DNA of 64,000 bases from Tissierellales bacterium (GCA_025210965.1 JAOAQY010000034.1:32207-96206), one strand, 5' to 3'. Positions 35,982 to 45,867 are shown, counted from the stretch's first letter. The notes: generated by a model from the sequence alone, not told the origin. Translations and numbers: made by a program.

Positions 35982-37268
35982 ATGCGTTTGGAACTTGGAA
36001 AAATATTTATCAAAGATATGGTTTTTGGAGAAAAAACTGAGGTTAAAAATGGAACACTTCACGTCAATAAGCAGGAAGTGCTCGACTTAATCAAAGAGGA
36101 CGAGAATTTTAAGTCAATTGACTTAGAAATCGCAAAACCTGGTCAAAGTATCAGAATTACACCAGTAAAAGATGTTGTAGAACCAAGAGTAAAGGTAGAA
36201 GGTCAAGGTGGAATTTTCCCAGGCGTTTTATCAAAAGTTGATACAGTAGGTTCTGGTAGAACTCACGTATTACAAGGAGCAGCAGTTGTAACAACTGGTC
36301 ATATTGTTGGATTCCAAGAAGGAATTATAGATATGACAGGTACTGGTGCAGAGTATACACCATTTTCAAAATTAAATAATCTTGTAGTTGTTTGTGAGCC
36401 AATTGATGGTTTAAAAGCACATGATTATGAAAAATCAGTTCGTTTAGCTGGATTTAAAACTGCTAAATATTTAGGTGAGTTTGGTAGAGAAATTACACCA
36501 GACGAAATCGACACATATGAAACACTTCCATTATTTGAAGGTGCTGCTAAGTACCCTAATTTACCGAAGGTAGCATATGTACAAATGCTTCAAAGTCAGG
36601 GATTGTTACATGATACTTATGTATATGGTGTAGACGCTAAGCGTATAATTCCTACTCTTATAAGCCCAACTGAAATTATGGATGGAGCAATTATCAGTGG
36701 TAACTGTGTATCGGCTTGCGATAAAAATACAACTTACCACCACTTAAATAACCCAGTTATTAAAGATTTATTTGCTCAGCATGGAAAAGAAATTAATTTT
36801 GTTGGTATGATTATAACAAATGAAAATGTTTATCTAGCAGATAAAGAAAGATCATCTAATTGTACTGCTAAATTAGCAGAATTCTTAGGATTAGATGGTG
36901 TAGTTATTTCTCAAGAAGGATTTGGTAATCCAGATACAGACTTGATAATGAACTGCAAAAAAATCGAAGACAAAGGTATTAAAACAGTTATTATTACTGA
37001 TGAGTATGCAGGTAGAGATGGAGCTAGTCAGGGATTGGCAGATGCTGATGTTAAGGCAAATGCTGTAGTTACAGGTGGAAATGCCAACCAAGTTATTGAT
37101 TTACCAGCATTGGATAGAGTTATTGGAGATCCAACTAAGGTTGATATAATTGCAGGTGGATTCGATGGAAGTCTTAGAAAAGATGGATCTATTCAAGTTG
37201 AACTTCAAGCTATTACTGGAGCAACTAATGAATTAGGTTTCAATAAATTAACTGCTAAGACATACTAA
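35982..37268 (+). CDS. grdE: Glycine reductase protein B proprotein GrdE (alpha/beta subunits, pyruvoyl-forming)
   Basis: It is 428 aa and lies immediately upstream of grdA/grdB. By my count the Asn241-Cys242 pair (SGN|CVSACDK, Cys codon 36705-36707) sits at the position where GrdE proproteins self-cleave. Confidence 0.85.
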   Translation: MRLELGKIFIKDMVFGEKTEVKNGTLHVNKQEVLDLIKEDENFKSIDLEIAKPGQSIRITPVKDVVEPRVKVEGQGGIFPGVLSKVDTVGSGRTHVLQGAAVVTTGHIVGFQEGIIDMTGTGAEYTPFSKLNNLVVVCEPIDGLKAHDYEKSVRLAGFKTAKYLGEFGREITPDEIDTYETLPLFEGAAKYPNLPKVAYVQMLQSQGLLHDTYVYGVDAKRIIPTLISPTEIMDGAIISGNCVSACDKNTTYHHLNNPVIKDLFAQHGKEINFVGMIITNENVYLADKERSSNCTAKLAEFLGLDGVVISQEGFGNPDTDLIMNCKKIEDKGIKTVIITDEYAGRDGASQGLADADVKANAVVTGGNANQVIDLPALDRVIGDPTKVDIIAGGFDGSLRKDGSIQVELQAITGATNELGFNKLTAKTY

Positions 37269-37312
37269 TTTGATTTAATATGGAATAATATGTATAGAGA
37301 GGATGTTATAAG

Positions 37313-37771
37313 ATGAGCGTTATCGATAATAAAAAAGTTATCATTATCGGGGACCGCGACGGTGTACCGGGACCTGCTATTGAGGAATGCTTAAAAGGAA
37401 CTACTGCAGAAGTTATATTCTCATCAACAGAGTGTTTTGTTTGAACGGCTGCGGGTGCGATGGATTTGGAAAATCAAAAAAGAATTAAAGACTTTGCAGA
37501 GCAATACGGAAAAGAAAATTTATTGGTTATTTTAGGTGCAGCTGAAGGTGAAGCTTCTGGGCTTGCAGCAGAAACAGTAAGAGTTGGAGATCCAACTTTT
37601 GCAGGACCATTATCTAATGTAGCTTTAGGGTTAGATGTATATCATATAGTAGAATCAGAAATTAAAGATAACGTTGATGCTGAAATTTATGATGAGCAAG
37701 TAGGCATGATGGAAATGGTATTAGATGTAGAAGATATCATCGGAGAAATGACTGATATTAGAGAAAGCTAA
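37313..37771 (+). CDS. grdA: Glycine reductase selenoprotein A (GrdA); in-frame UGA = selenocysteine at 37442-37444
   Basis: ATG 37313 has the RBS GAGAGGA. Translation gives [26 protein letters not shown]...[18 protein letters not shown], the conserved GrdA redox motif. The ORF track only shows the part after the UGA (37460..37771), in the same frame. Confidence 0.9.
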
Positions 37772-37807
37772 AAAAATCATTATCCCAAGAGAGAGAGGGG
37801 TGTCACA

Positions 37808-39118
37808 ATGGGCAAATTAAAAGTAGTACATTATATAAATCAATTCTTTGCTGGTATTGGCGGCGAGGAGAAAGCAGATTACAAACCAGAATTAAGAGAA
37901 GAGGTAGTAGGTCCAGGTGCAGCGTTAGAGGCGGCATTCGGAGATGAAGCAGAAATCGTAGCGACAATTATTTGTGGAGATTCTTATTTCAACGAAAACT
38001 TAGATGAAGCTAAGGCGGAAGTTCTTGATTTCGTTAAGAAATATGAACCAGATGTATTTGTTGCAGGTCCAGCATTTAATGCAGGTAGATACGGTGTTGC
38101 TTGCGGAACAATTGCGGATGCAGTTAAAGAAGAGTTAAATATACCTGTTATCACTGGTATGTATGAAGAAAATCCAGGTGCAGACATGTTTAAGAAAAAC
38201 TTGCATGTTGTTGCAACTAAAAACAATGCAGCTGGTATGAGATCTGCTGTGAAAACTATGGCTCCACTTACACTTAAATTAGCTAAAGGTGAAGAAATTG
38301 GAAGTCCTAAAGAAGAAGGATACATGGAGAGAGGCGTTCGTGTGAATTATTTTGCAGAAGAACGCGGTGCAACTCGTGCTGTAAATATGCTTGTTAAAAA
38401 GCTAAAAGGTGAGGAATTTGAAACAGAATTCCCAATGCCAGTATTTGATCACGTAGCTCCAAATCCAGCTGTTAAAGATATCACTAAAGCTAAAATTGCT
38501 TTGGTTACATCAGGTGGTATAGTGCCTAAGCACAATCCAGATCATATTGAAGCATCAAGTGCATCAAAATATGGTAAATACGATATAGATTCAGTAATGG
38601 ATTTGACTGAAGAAGGTTATGAAACAGCACATGGTGGATATGATCCAACTTATGCAAATGAAGATTCAGATAGAGTATTGCCAGTTGACGTATTAAGAGA
38701 TCTTGAAAAAGAAGGAAAAATTGGTGAACTTCACAGATATTTCTATACTACAACAGGTAATGGTACTGCTGTTGCTAGTTCTAAGCAATTTGCAGAAGAA
38801 TTCTCAAAAGAATTACTAGCTGATGGAGTAGATGCAGTTATATTAACTTCTACTTGAGGCACTTGTACTCGTTGCGGTGCAACGATGGTAAAAGAAATTG
38901 AAAGAGCGGGAATTCCTGTAGTACACATGTGTACAGTAGTTCCTATTTCATTGACAGTTGGAGCGAATAGAATTATACCAACAATTGCTATTCCACATCC
39001 ACTTGGAAACCCAGCATTAACAATGGAAGAAGAAAAAGTTATCAGAAGAGATTTAGTAGTTAAAGCATTAAAAGCATTAGAAACAGAAGTAGACGGACAG
39101 ACTGTATTTGAAGACTAA
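37808..39118 (+). CDS. grdB: Glycine reductase selenoprotein B (GrdB); in-frame UGA = selenocysteine at 38855-38857
   Basis: The ORFs 37808..38857 and 38885..39118 are in the same frame. Read-through gives ...VILTST-U-GTCTRCGATMVKEIERAGIP, the conserved GrdB Sec motif. The total is 436 aa. Confidence 0.9.
38869..38885 (+). promoter_or_regulatory. Candidate SECIS hairpin for the grdB UGA
   Basis: A 7-bp stem TCGTTGC/GCAACGA with a GGT apical loop starts 11 nt after the UGA. Confidence 0.45.
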
Positions 39119-39140
39119 TACGTCGTGTGTAGTTTTGAAA

Positions 39141-39162
39141 GGGCGAGAAATCGCCCTTTTTT
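39141..39162 (+). terminator. Intrinsic terminator ending the grd operon
   Basis: The stem GGGCGA/TCGCCC has a GAAA loop and is followed by TTTTTT. Confidence 0.8.
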
Positions 39163-39270
39163 AATAGTTAAAAAATAAAAAAAATTATAGTAGTTTTCAA
39201 TGGAGATGGTTTCTGTTAAAATATAGTGTGTAAGATATATGGATTTTGTATTGAAATTGTTAAGTTTCGC

Positions 39271-39299
39271 TTGCAAAAGTAAGAAAAACTCCATATAAT
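39271..39299 (+). promoter_or_regulatory. SigA-type promoter of the BMP/nucleoside ABC transporter operon
   Basis: The arrangement is TTGCAA - 17 nt - TATAAT. Confidence 0.65.
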
Positions 39300-39367
39300 A
39301 GAAGATGGAAGATTTGAGGAAAACGTATTCACGTTTTTTCAAATTAAATAGCATGAGGAGGGTTAAT

Positions 39368-40465
39368 ATGTTAAAGAAAAAAATTGCTTTAGGTTTAGCA
39401 GCAGCATTAGTTTTAACATCTGCAGTAGGGTGTTCAGGTGGAGAAAAAACTGAGCCAGCTAAAGAGGAAACAAAACCAGCAGAACAAACAGAGGCAGCAA
39501 AAGAGGAAGCACCAGCTGCTGAAAAGGCATTAAAAGTAGGTATGGTTACTGATGTTGGTGGAGTAAATGACGAGTCATTTAACCAATCAGCATGGGAAGG
39601 TCTTGTAAGAGCTAAGGATGACTTAGGAATTGAAGTTAACTACATCGAGTCAAAACAAGATGCTGACTACCAAACAAACTTAGAAACTATGATCGACAGT
39701 GAAAATGATTTGATTTGGGGTATTGGATACAAAATGGGTGACGCTCTTTTAGATTCAGCTAAGCAAAATCCAGATCAAAAATATGCAATTATCGACTATT
39801 CTTACGGAGATTCTACTCCAGAGAATATCGTAGGTGTTGTATTCCATCAAGAACAATGTTCTTTCTTAGTTGGATATATCGCAGGTAAAATGACAGAGAC
39901 TAATAAAGTTGGATTTGTTGGTGGTATGACAGGTGCATTAATCGAACAATTCGAAGCTGGATACAAAGCAGGCGTTAAGTATGCTAATCCAAATGCAGAA
40001 ATTGCTTCACAATATGCAGAGTCTTTCTCAGACGCAGCAAAAGGTAAAGCTATTGCTCAAAAAATGTATAATGATGGCGCTGATATCGTATTCCACGCAG
40101 CTGGAAACGTAGGATCAGGTGTTATTGAAGCAGCAAATGAAATGGGTAAATGGGCAATCGGTGTTGACAGAGACCAAAACTACTTGGCTCCAGATCACGT
40201 ATTGACATCAGCTATGAAATTAGTTGGATCAGGAACTTACAACATTACTAAAGACTTAATGGACGGCAAGTGGGCTGGTGGAACTACTGTAGATTACGGT
40301 GTTGCAGAGCAAGGTGTTGGTATTGCTCCTACATCACCAAACCATGTTCCAGCTGAAATTTTAGAAAAAGTTACTAATATCGAAAGTAAAATTGCTTCAG
40401 GTGAAATCGTTGTACCTTTGACAAATGAAGAAGCAGAAGCTTTTGATGCAACTGACGCTGAATAA
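39368..40465 (+). CDS. BMP family (PnrA/Med-like) nucleoside ABC transporter substrate-binding lipoprotein
   Basis: It has a signal peptide with the lipobox AVGCSG, a Glu/Ala/Lys/Pro-rich linker, and a BMP core (VGMVTDVGGVNDESFNQSAWEG). The RBS AGGAGG precedes ATG 39368. Confidence 0.85.
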   Translation: MLKKKIALGLAAALVLTSAVGCSGGEKTEPAKEETKPAEQTEAAKEEAPAAEKALKVGMVTDVGGVNDESFNQSAWEGLVRAKDDLGIEVNYIESKQDADYQTNLETMIDSENDLIWGIGYKMGDALLDSAKQNPDQKYAIIDYSYGDSTPENIVGVVFHQEQCSFLVGYIAGKMTETNKVGFVGGMTGALIEQFEAGYKAGVKYANPNAEIASQYAESFSDAAKGKAIAQKMYNDGADIVFHAAGNVGSGVIEAANEMGKWAIGVDRDQNYLAPDHVLTSAMKLVGSGTYNITKDLMDGKWAGGTTVDYGVAEQGVGIAPTSPNHVPAEILEKVTNIESKIASGEIVVPLTNEEAEAFDATDAE

Positions 40466-40508
40466 TAATTTGATTAGTAAGTTTATATAGGGTTAGTATG
40501 TTTTAGAT

Positions 40509-40538
40509 ACAGCTCAGGCCTACTGTCTGAGCTGTTTT
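40509..40538 (+). terminator. Intra-operon (partial) terminator after the binding-protein gene
   Basis: A 9-bp stem ACAGCTCAG/CTGAGCTGT is followed by TTTT. Confidence 0.65.
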
Positions 40539-40648
40539 AATTTTGAGGTTGATTTTATTGTATTTAAATTAATCTAAAGGGTTTTGGCTCTTAAATTTTT
40601 AAGTATTATGTTTAGGGTGTAATATAAGATAGAATGGAGGTTTTATTC

Positions 40649-42190
40649 TTGGGCAACAATATTGATTTTGGTTGTAAAGTCGTAGAAATGAAGAATATTA
40701 CAAAAAAATTCGGAGATTTTACGGCGAATCATAACATTGATTTGACGATTCACAAGGGTGAAGTTCATGCCCTCTTGGGAGAGAATGGTGCTGGAAAGAC
40801 GACACTTATGAACACATTGTATGGTTTGTATAGACCGACAACGGGGGAAATTTACATTGATGGTAAGAAAGTGTCTATGGATAATCCTAATGTTGCAATA
40901 GAGCATGGGATTGGTATGGTGCATCAACATTTTATGTTGGTAGAACCATTTACAGTAACAGAAAACATTATATTAGGTATGGAAGTTACAAAAACTGGCG
41001 GTTATATTGATATTAACGCTGCTAGAAAAAAAGTTAAAGAATTATCAGACAAATATGGTTTGGTAGTAGATCCTGATGCTAAAATTCAGGATATTACAGT
41101 TGGTATGCAGCAGAGAGTTGAAATTTTAAAAGCACTTTATAGAGGTGCGGATATACTCATATTAGATGAGCCGACGGCGGTATTAACGCCTCAGGAAATT
41201 AGAGATCTTATAAAAATTATAAGAAATCTAACAGAAGAAGGCAAAAGCATTATAATAATAACGCATAAATTGAAGGAAATTAAAGCTGTTGCTGACTATT
41301 GTACTATAATAAGACGTGGTAAACATATAGATACAGTAGAAGTTGAAAAGGTTACTGAAAACGATCTTGCATCAATGATGGTAGGTAGAGAAGTTAACTT
41401 CATCGTTGAGAAGGAAGAGCGTGAAGCTGGAGATGTTGTTCTTCAGATTGAAAATCTTGTGGTAAAAGATAATAGAGATATCCCACAAGTAGATGGTTTG
41501 TCATTAGAGGTTAGACGTGGAGAAATTCTTGGTTTAGCTGGAGTTGATGGAAACGGTCAAAGTGAACTTGTAGAGGCACTTACTGGACTTAGAAAATCTG
41601 AGTCTGGAAAAGTATTTATGAATGGTGAAGATATAACAAATAAACCACCTAGAAAAATCATTGACAGTAAACTATCTAGTATACCTGAAGATAGACAGAA
41701 AAGAGGTCTAGTTCTTCAATATTCAGTAGCAGAAAATATGATATTAGAAAATTATATGAAAGAGCCATTTTCTAAAAAAGGAAGGTTCTTAAATCATGAC
41801 AAAATAAAAGAACATGCAAAAGCGTTGATTGAAAAGTTTGATGTGCGACCAACAAATGGCTCGTTGCCAGCAGGGGCACTATCAGGTGGTAATCAGCAAA
41901 AGGTAATCATTGCAAGAGAGGTTACAAATGATCCAGACTTGCTTATAGCTGCGCAACCTACTCGTGGATTAGATGTTGGAGCTATAGAATATGTTCATAA
42001 GTCATTAGTAGAACAAAGAGATAAGAATAAAGGTGTTTTACTAGTTTCATTAGAGTTAGACGAAGTTATGAATGTTTCTGACAGAATAGCAGTAATTTAC
42101 GAAGGAAAAATCGTAGGTATAGTCGATGCAGCAGAAGCTGATGAAAATACAATCGGTTTGATGATGGCAGGAGGTGCATCTGATGAGTAG
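40649..42190 (+). CDS. ABC transporter ATP-binding protein with two fused NBDs (nucleoside/sugar type)
   Basis: Walker A is GENGAGKTT, and there is a second NBD with LSGGNQQK. The start is ambiguous: TTG 40649 (GGAGG 8 nt upstream) or ATG 40688. Confidence 0.85.
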   Translation: MGNNIDFGCKVVEMKNITKKFGDFTANHNIDLTIHKGEVHALLGENGAGKTTLMNTLYGLYRPTTGEIYIDGKKVSMDNPNVAIEHGIGMVHQHFMLVEPFTVTENIILGMEVTKTGGYIDINAARKKVKELSDKYGLVVDPDAKIQDITVGMQQRVEILKALYRGADILILDEPTAVLTPQEIRDLIKIIRNLTEEGKSIIIITHKLKEIKAVADYCTIIRRGKHIDTVEVEKVTENDLASMMVGREVNFIVEKEEREAGDVVLQIENLVVKDNRDIPQVDGLSLEVRRGEILGLAGVDGNGQSELVEALTGLRKSESGKVFMNGEDITNKPPRKIIDSKLSSIPEDRQKRGLVLQYSVAENMILENYMKEPFSKKGRFLNHDKIKEHAKALIEKFDVRPTNGSLPAGALSGGNQQKVIIAREVTNDPDLLIAAQPTRGLDVGAIEYVHKSLVEQRDKNKGVLLVSLELDEVMNVSDRIAVIYEGKIVGIVDAAEADENTIGLMMAGGASDE

Positions 42191-43307
42191 TAATCAAAAT
42201 AAACAACTTAGCCCGCTTGTGATGACCATTATATCGATTTTACTTGGTATGGCTGTTGGGGCAATTATATTATTAGCAATTGGTTATAATCCATTTGAAG
42301 CATATGGGATTATGATAAATGGTATATTTGGAAAGCCTAAGTATATGTCTTGGACAATAATTACGGCAACTCCACTTATTATGACTGGTTTGTCAGTTGC
42401 TTTTGCTGATAAGACAGGTTTATTTAATATCGGAGCAGAGGGTCAATTTATAATTGGTGCTCTAGTAGCTGCTTTAGCAGGATATTTCTTACACCTTCCA
42501 GTAATAATTCATGTTATAGTAGTATTTGTTTTGGCCTGTCTTGCAGCCGGCGTTTGGGGCGGTATTGCAGGATGGATGAAGGCAAGATTTGGAATAAATG
42601 AAGTTATATCTACTATTATGCTCAACTGGATAGCATTCTATTTGAGCAATTATATAGTCGGACTAAAAGGTTTCAAAAATCCTAACAACGATGCATCTAT
42701 GAAGATACTTAAGACAGCTAGAGTTGATATTTTAGGTGATTGGAAATTAACAGAGGCTGGTAGAGCTTGGAGAGGGGAACACCCGTTTTTTAACAGTGTA
42801 TTTACTACGCCAGTTAATATAGGATTTATCATAGCTATATTGTTAGCTGTTTTAGTTTGGTTTATATTAAACAAAACTACACTTGGATACGAATTGAAAG
42901 CTGTAGGACATAACAAGGATGCAGCTGAGTATGGTGGAATAGATGTGAAAAAGAAAATGGTAACGTCGATGTTTATTTCAGGAGCTTTAGCAGGAGCAGC
43001 AGGAGCGCTACAGGTAATGGGTAGAACTCAAGGTATTGCACTGCTTAGTGTACAAGAAGGACATGGATTTGACGGTATCGCAGTATCTCTTATCGGATCA
43101 AGTAATCCATTTGGAATTATTTTATCAGGACTTTTCTTTGGAGGACTTAAATATGGTGGGACTAAGATTCAGCCTAGATTAGGAGCTCCTTATGAGATTG
43201 TAAACATAGTACTTGGAACGATAGTATTCTTTGTTGCTATTCCAAGATTGTTTAGAGGATTGAATAAATTATTACAAAAAAAGAAAAGTGGTGATATAAA
43301 TGCTTAG
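42183..43307 (+). CDS. ABC transporter permease (BMP/nucleoside system)
   Basis: It is a polytopic membrane protein. The RBS GGAGGTG precedes ATG 42183, which overlaps the ATPase stop. Confidence 0.8.
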   Translation: MSSNQNKQLSPLVMTIISILLGMAVGAIILLAIGYNPFEAYGIMINGIFGKPKYMSWTIITATPLIMTGLSVAFADKTGLFNIGAEGQFIIGALVAALAGYFLHLPVIIHVIVVFVLACLAAGVWGGIAGWMKARFGINEVISTIMLNWIAFYLSNYIVGLKGFKNPNNDASMKILKTARVDILGDWKLTEAGRAWRGEHPFFNSVFTTPVNIGFIIAILLAVLVWFILNKTTLGYELKAVGHNKDAAEYGGIDVKKKMVTSMFISGALAGAAGALQVMGRTQGIALLSVQEGHGFDGIAVSLIGSSNPFGIILSGLFFGGLKYGGTKIQPRLGAPYEIVNIVLGTIVFFVAIPRLFRGLNKLLQKKKSGDINA

Positions 43308-44271
43308 TGGTTTTGATTTAGCTCGTGCAATTGGTGATTTAGGTTTTATTATAGGAACTTCACTTATGTACGCGACACCATTGATATACACATCACTTGG
43401 TGGTACAGTGAGTGAAAACTCAGGAGTTGTAAATATTGGTCTAGAGGGTATGATGGCAATCGGAGCTTTTGTGGCAGCTGCAGTTGGATACTTTACAGGT
43501 AATCCTTGGCTTGGATTTTTAGCAGGTGGTGCAGCAGGAGGACTGATGGCGTTACTTCACGCTATTGCTAGTGTTACACTTGCAGCGGATCAGATTATAT
43601 CAGGTGTTGCGATTAACTTTTTAGGGCCTGGTCTTGCATTATTTTTATCTCGCGTATTCTTTGAAAATGCAACTACAACAAAGGCACTTGATTTGAAGAA
43701 TAAAATTGAGAGACCATTGAATGGTTTGTTTACTCAGGGATCGTTCTTAGATTCTGTATTTAACCAATATACTACAGTTTATTTAGCGTTTTTCTTAGTA
43801 TTTGTGATATGGTTTATGCTTTATAAAACTAGATTTGGACTTAGACTTAGAGCTTGTGGAGAACATCCTAAAGCGGCAGATACATTGGGTATAAATGTAT
43901 ATAGAATAAGATATATAGCTGTGATCATGTCTGGTATATTAGCTGGATTTGGTGGAGCATCACTTAGTATAGCAGTTGTCTCAAGATTCAGCCCTGCGCT
44001 TATATCTGGACAAGGATTTATCGCTCTTGCTGCTATGATATTTGGAAAGTGGAAGCCGCAAGGAGCTATGGGAGCATCTCTATTCTTTGGAGCTGCAACT
44101 GGATTATCTATATACATCGGATCGCTTGAGAATGTTAATGTTTCATCACACTTGTTACAGATGATTCCTTACATCTTGACATTAGTTGTTCTTATGGGAT
44201 TCATTGGTAAAGCGACAGCACCAAGTGCTGATGGTGAAGCTTATATAAAAGATGGTGAAGGTAGAGTTTAA
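43300..44271 (+). CDS. ABC transporter permease (BMP/nucleoside system)
   Basis: It is a polytopic membrane protein whose start overlaps the preceding permease by 8 nt. Confidence 0.8.
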   Translation: MLSGFDLARAIGDLGFIIGTSLMYATPLIYTSLGGTVSENSGVVNIGLEGMMAIGAFVAAAVGYFTGNPWLGFLAGGAAGGLMALLHAIASVTLAADQIISGVAINFLGPGLALFLSRVFFENATTTKALDLKNKIERPLNGLFTQGSFLDSVFNQYTTVYLAFFLVFVIWFMLYKTRFGLRLRACGEHPKAADTLGINVYRIRYIAVIMSGILAGFGGASLSIAVVSRFSPALISGQGFIALAAMIFGKWKPQGAMGASLFFGAATGLSIYIGSLENVNVSSHLLQMIPYILTLVVLMGFIGKATAPSADGEAYIKDGEGRV

Positions 44272-44291
44272 AACTATCGATTAATTGAAAG

Positions 44292-44325
44292 ACTGCTCTT
44301 GTTATGGTAAGAGCAGTTTTTTTTT
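44292..44325 (+). terminator. Intrinsic terminator
   Basis: The stem ACTGCTCTT/AAGAGCAGT is followed by TTTTTTTTT. Confidence 0.8.
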
Positions 44326-44466
44326 GAAATGATATAGTTGAGATTTGTTTTGTAATATTTTTATTGACTAAAATATTTAAATAAGATTGATATTGGTACT
44401 GTTTCTTATATATAATATAAGTATGAAAAGGGATACTAGTTGGTATAGCGATTTGGAGTGAGTTAT

Positions 44467-45867
44467 ATGAATATTGGATTTGGGTTGAATTTGGAACAGA
44501 CTCAGAAGTTAATAATGACAACAGAATTAAAGCAGGCAATACAATTATTACAATATACTAGCATTGAACTTAATGATTATATAACAAGCGAAATGGAGGT
44601 AAATCCTCTGCTTGAATTTGATCAAAAAAAAGAGAAAAGTGAAGAGTTTGAAGAAAAAACTAAAAATGATGATAAAGAAATTGACTGGCAAGAGTATGCA
44701 AATCAATACGATGATATCAGCTATTCTCAGCATGGTAAAAACAACGATAATGAAAACTCATTTGAAAATATGGTTGCAGAACAAGAGACACTTAGAGACT
44801 ATTTGATTCATCAATTAAGAAATAATTATAAACTTACTGAAGATGAGTTTGAAATTGGAAGTTTTATAATTGAAAGTCTAGATTCTAATGGCTATTTGTC
44901 TTTCAAAATTGAAAATATCGCTGAATTTTTGGGAAAAAGCGTTGAAGAAATAGAGAATATGCTTTATATAATACAATCGTGTGAGCCAGTAGGAGTAGGG
45001 TGCAGAAATTTAAAGGAGTGTTTACTTCTTCAGGTTGAGCGAGATAATGAGTCGGATCCGAAAGCTAGAGAAATTATTGAAGATTATTTAGAAGATATTG
45101 CGAGTAATAAAGTCACACAAGTGGCAAAAAAAATGGGGCTAGAAGCATCTCAGGTACAAGTTTTGTTTGACTATATAAAAACACTTCAACCTAAACCAGG
45201 GAGTGGATTTAATTTTTCGAATGAGGAGATTAAATTTATACAACCAGATGTAGAACTAAAAGAAATAGATGGTGAAATGGTCATTTTGGTCAAAGATAGT
45301 GCAGCACCTAGACTTAGAATTAATGATTTTTATAGAAAGATGCTTCAGAGTCAAGATCAAAAAGAAGTTTCGGAGTTTATAAGTGAAAAATTAAATTCTG
45401 CAGCATGGCTTATCAAAACAATCGAACAAAGAAGAAGTACAATTCAAAGAGTTGCAGAGGCAATATATAAAAGACAAGTTGATTTCTTCAAAGATGGCAA
45501 GCAAGCACTTAAGCCAATGACACTAAGAGATATAGCTGAAGAAATCGAAATGCACGAGTCTACAGTTAGTAGAGCAACTAATGGAAAGTATATATTAACG
45601 CCAAAAGGTACCTATGAACTAAAGTATTTTTTCTCTACAGGATTATCTCAGGGAAGTGGAGGTTCGGAAGAGGAGATTTCTACAATGAAGATAAAGATGG
45701 AACTACAAAAGATAGTTGAGGAAGAAGATACTAAGAAGCCACTTAGTGATCAAAAAATAGTTTCAAAATTGAAGGAAAATGGTTTCACAATATCAAGGAG
45801 AACGGTTGCAAAGTATAGAGAAGAGCTTGGAATACTATCATCGTCTAAGCGAAAAAGATTTGACTAA
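44467..45867 (+). CDS. rpoN: RNA polymerase sigma-54 factor
   Basis: It has the Gln/Leu-rich region I (LEQTQKLIMTTELKQAIQLLQ), an HTH (ESTVSRATNGKYI) and the RpoN box (SRRTVAKYREELGI). The RBS GGAGTG precedes ATG 44467. Confidence 0.9.
   Translation: MNIGFGLNLEQTQKLIMTTELKQAIQLLQYTSIELNDYITSEMEVNPLLEFDQKKEKSEEFEEKTKNDDKEIDWQEYANQYDDISYSQHGKNNDNENSFENMVAEQETLRDYLIHQLRNNYKLTEDEFEIGSFIIESLDSNGYLSFKIENIAEFLGKSVEEIENMLYIIQSCEPVGVGCRNLKECLLLQVERDNESDPKAREIIEDYLEDIASNKVTQVAKKMGLEASQVQVLFDYIKTLQPKPGSGFNFSNEEIKFIQPDVELKEIDGEMVILVKDSAAPRLRINDFYRKMLQSQDQKEVSEFISEKLNSAAWLIKTIEQRRSTIQRVAEAIYKRQVDFFKDGKQALKPMTLRDIAEEIEMHESTVSRATNGKYILTPKGTYELKYFFSTGLSQGSGGSEEEISTMKIKMELQKIVEEEDTKKPLSDQKIVSKLKENGFTISRRTVAKYREELGILSSSKRKRFD

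Noticed and set aside
37445-37500. A possible SECIS hairpin immediately downstream of the grdA UGA.
   Set aside because: I could only draw a 3-bp stem by eye (CUGC/GCG with wobble), which is not enough to report as a feature. It needs a folding program or comparative alignment.
37460-37771. The ORF-track entries 37460..37771 and 38885..39118 could be read as independent small genes.
   Set aside because: Both are in frame with upstream coding sequence and separated from it only by a TGA. They begin in the middle of the conserved GrdA/GrdB motifs and have no RBS of their own. I merged them into the Sec-containing grdA and grdB.
39115-39367. A minus-strand ORF 39115..39354 and the ORF-track start at 39305 for the BMP lipoprotein gene.
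   Set aside because: The minus ORF spans a terminator and a promoter in AT-rich intergenic DNA. The 39305 start lies at or near the predicted transcription start and reads through a leader hairpin. ATG 39368 has a perfect AGGAGG RBS and gives a proper lipoprotein signal peptide.
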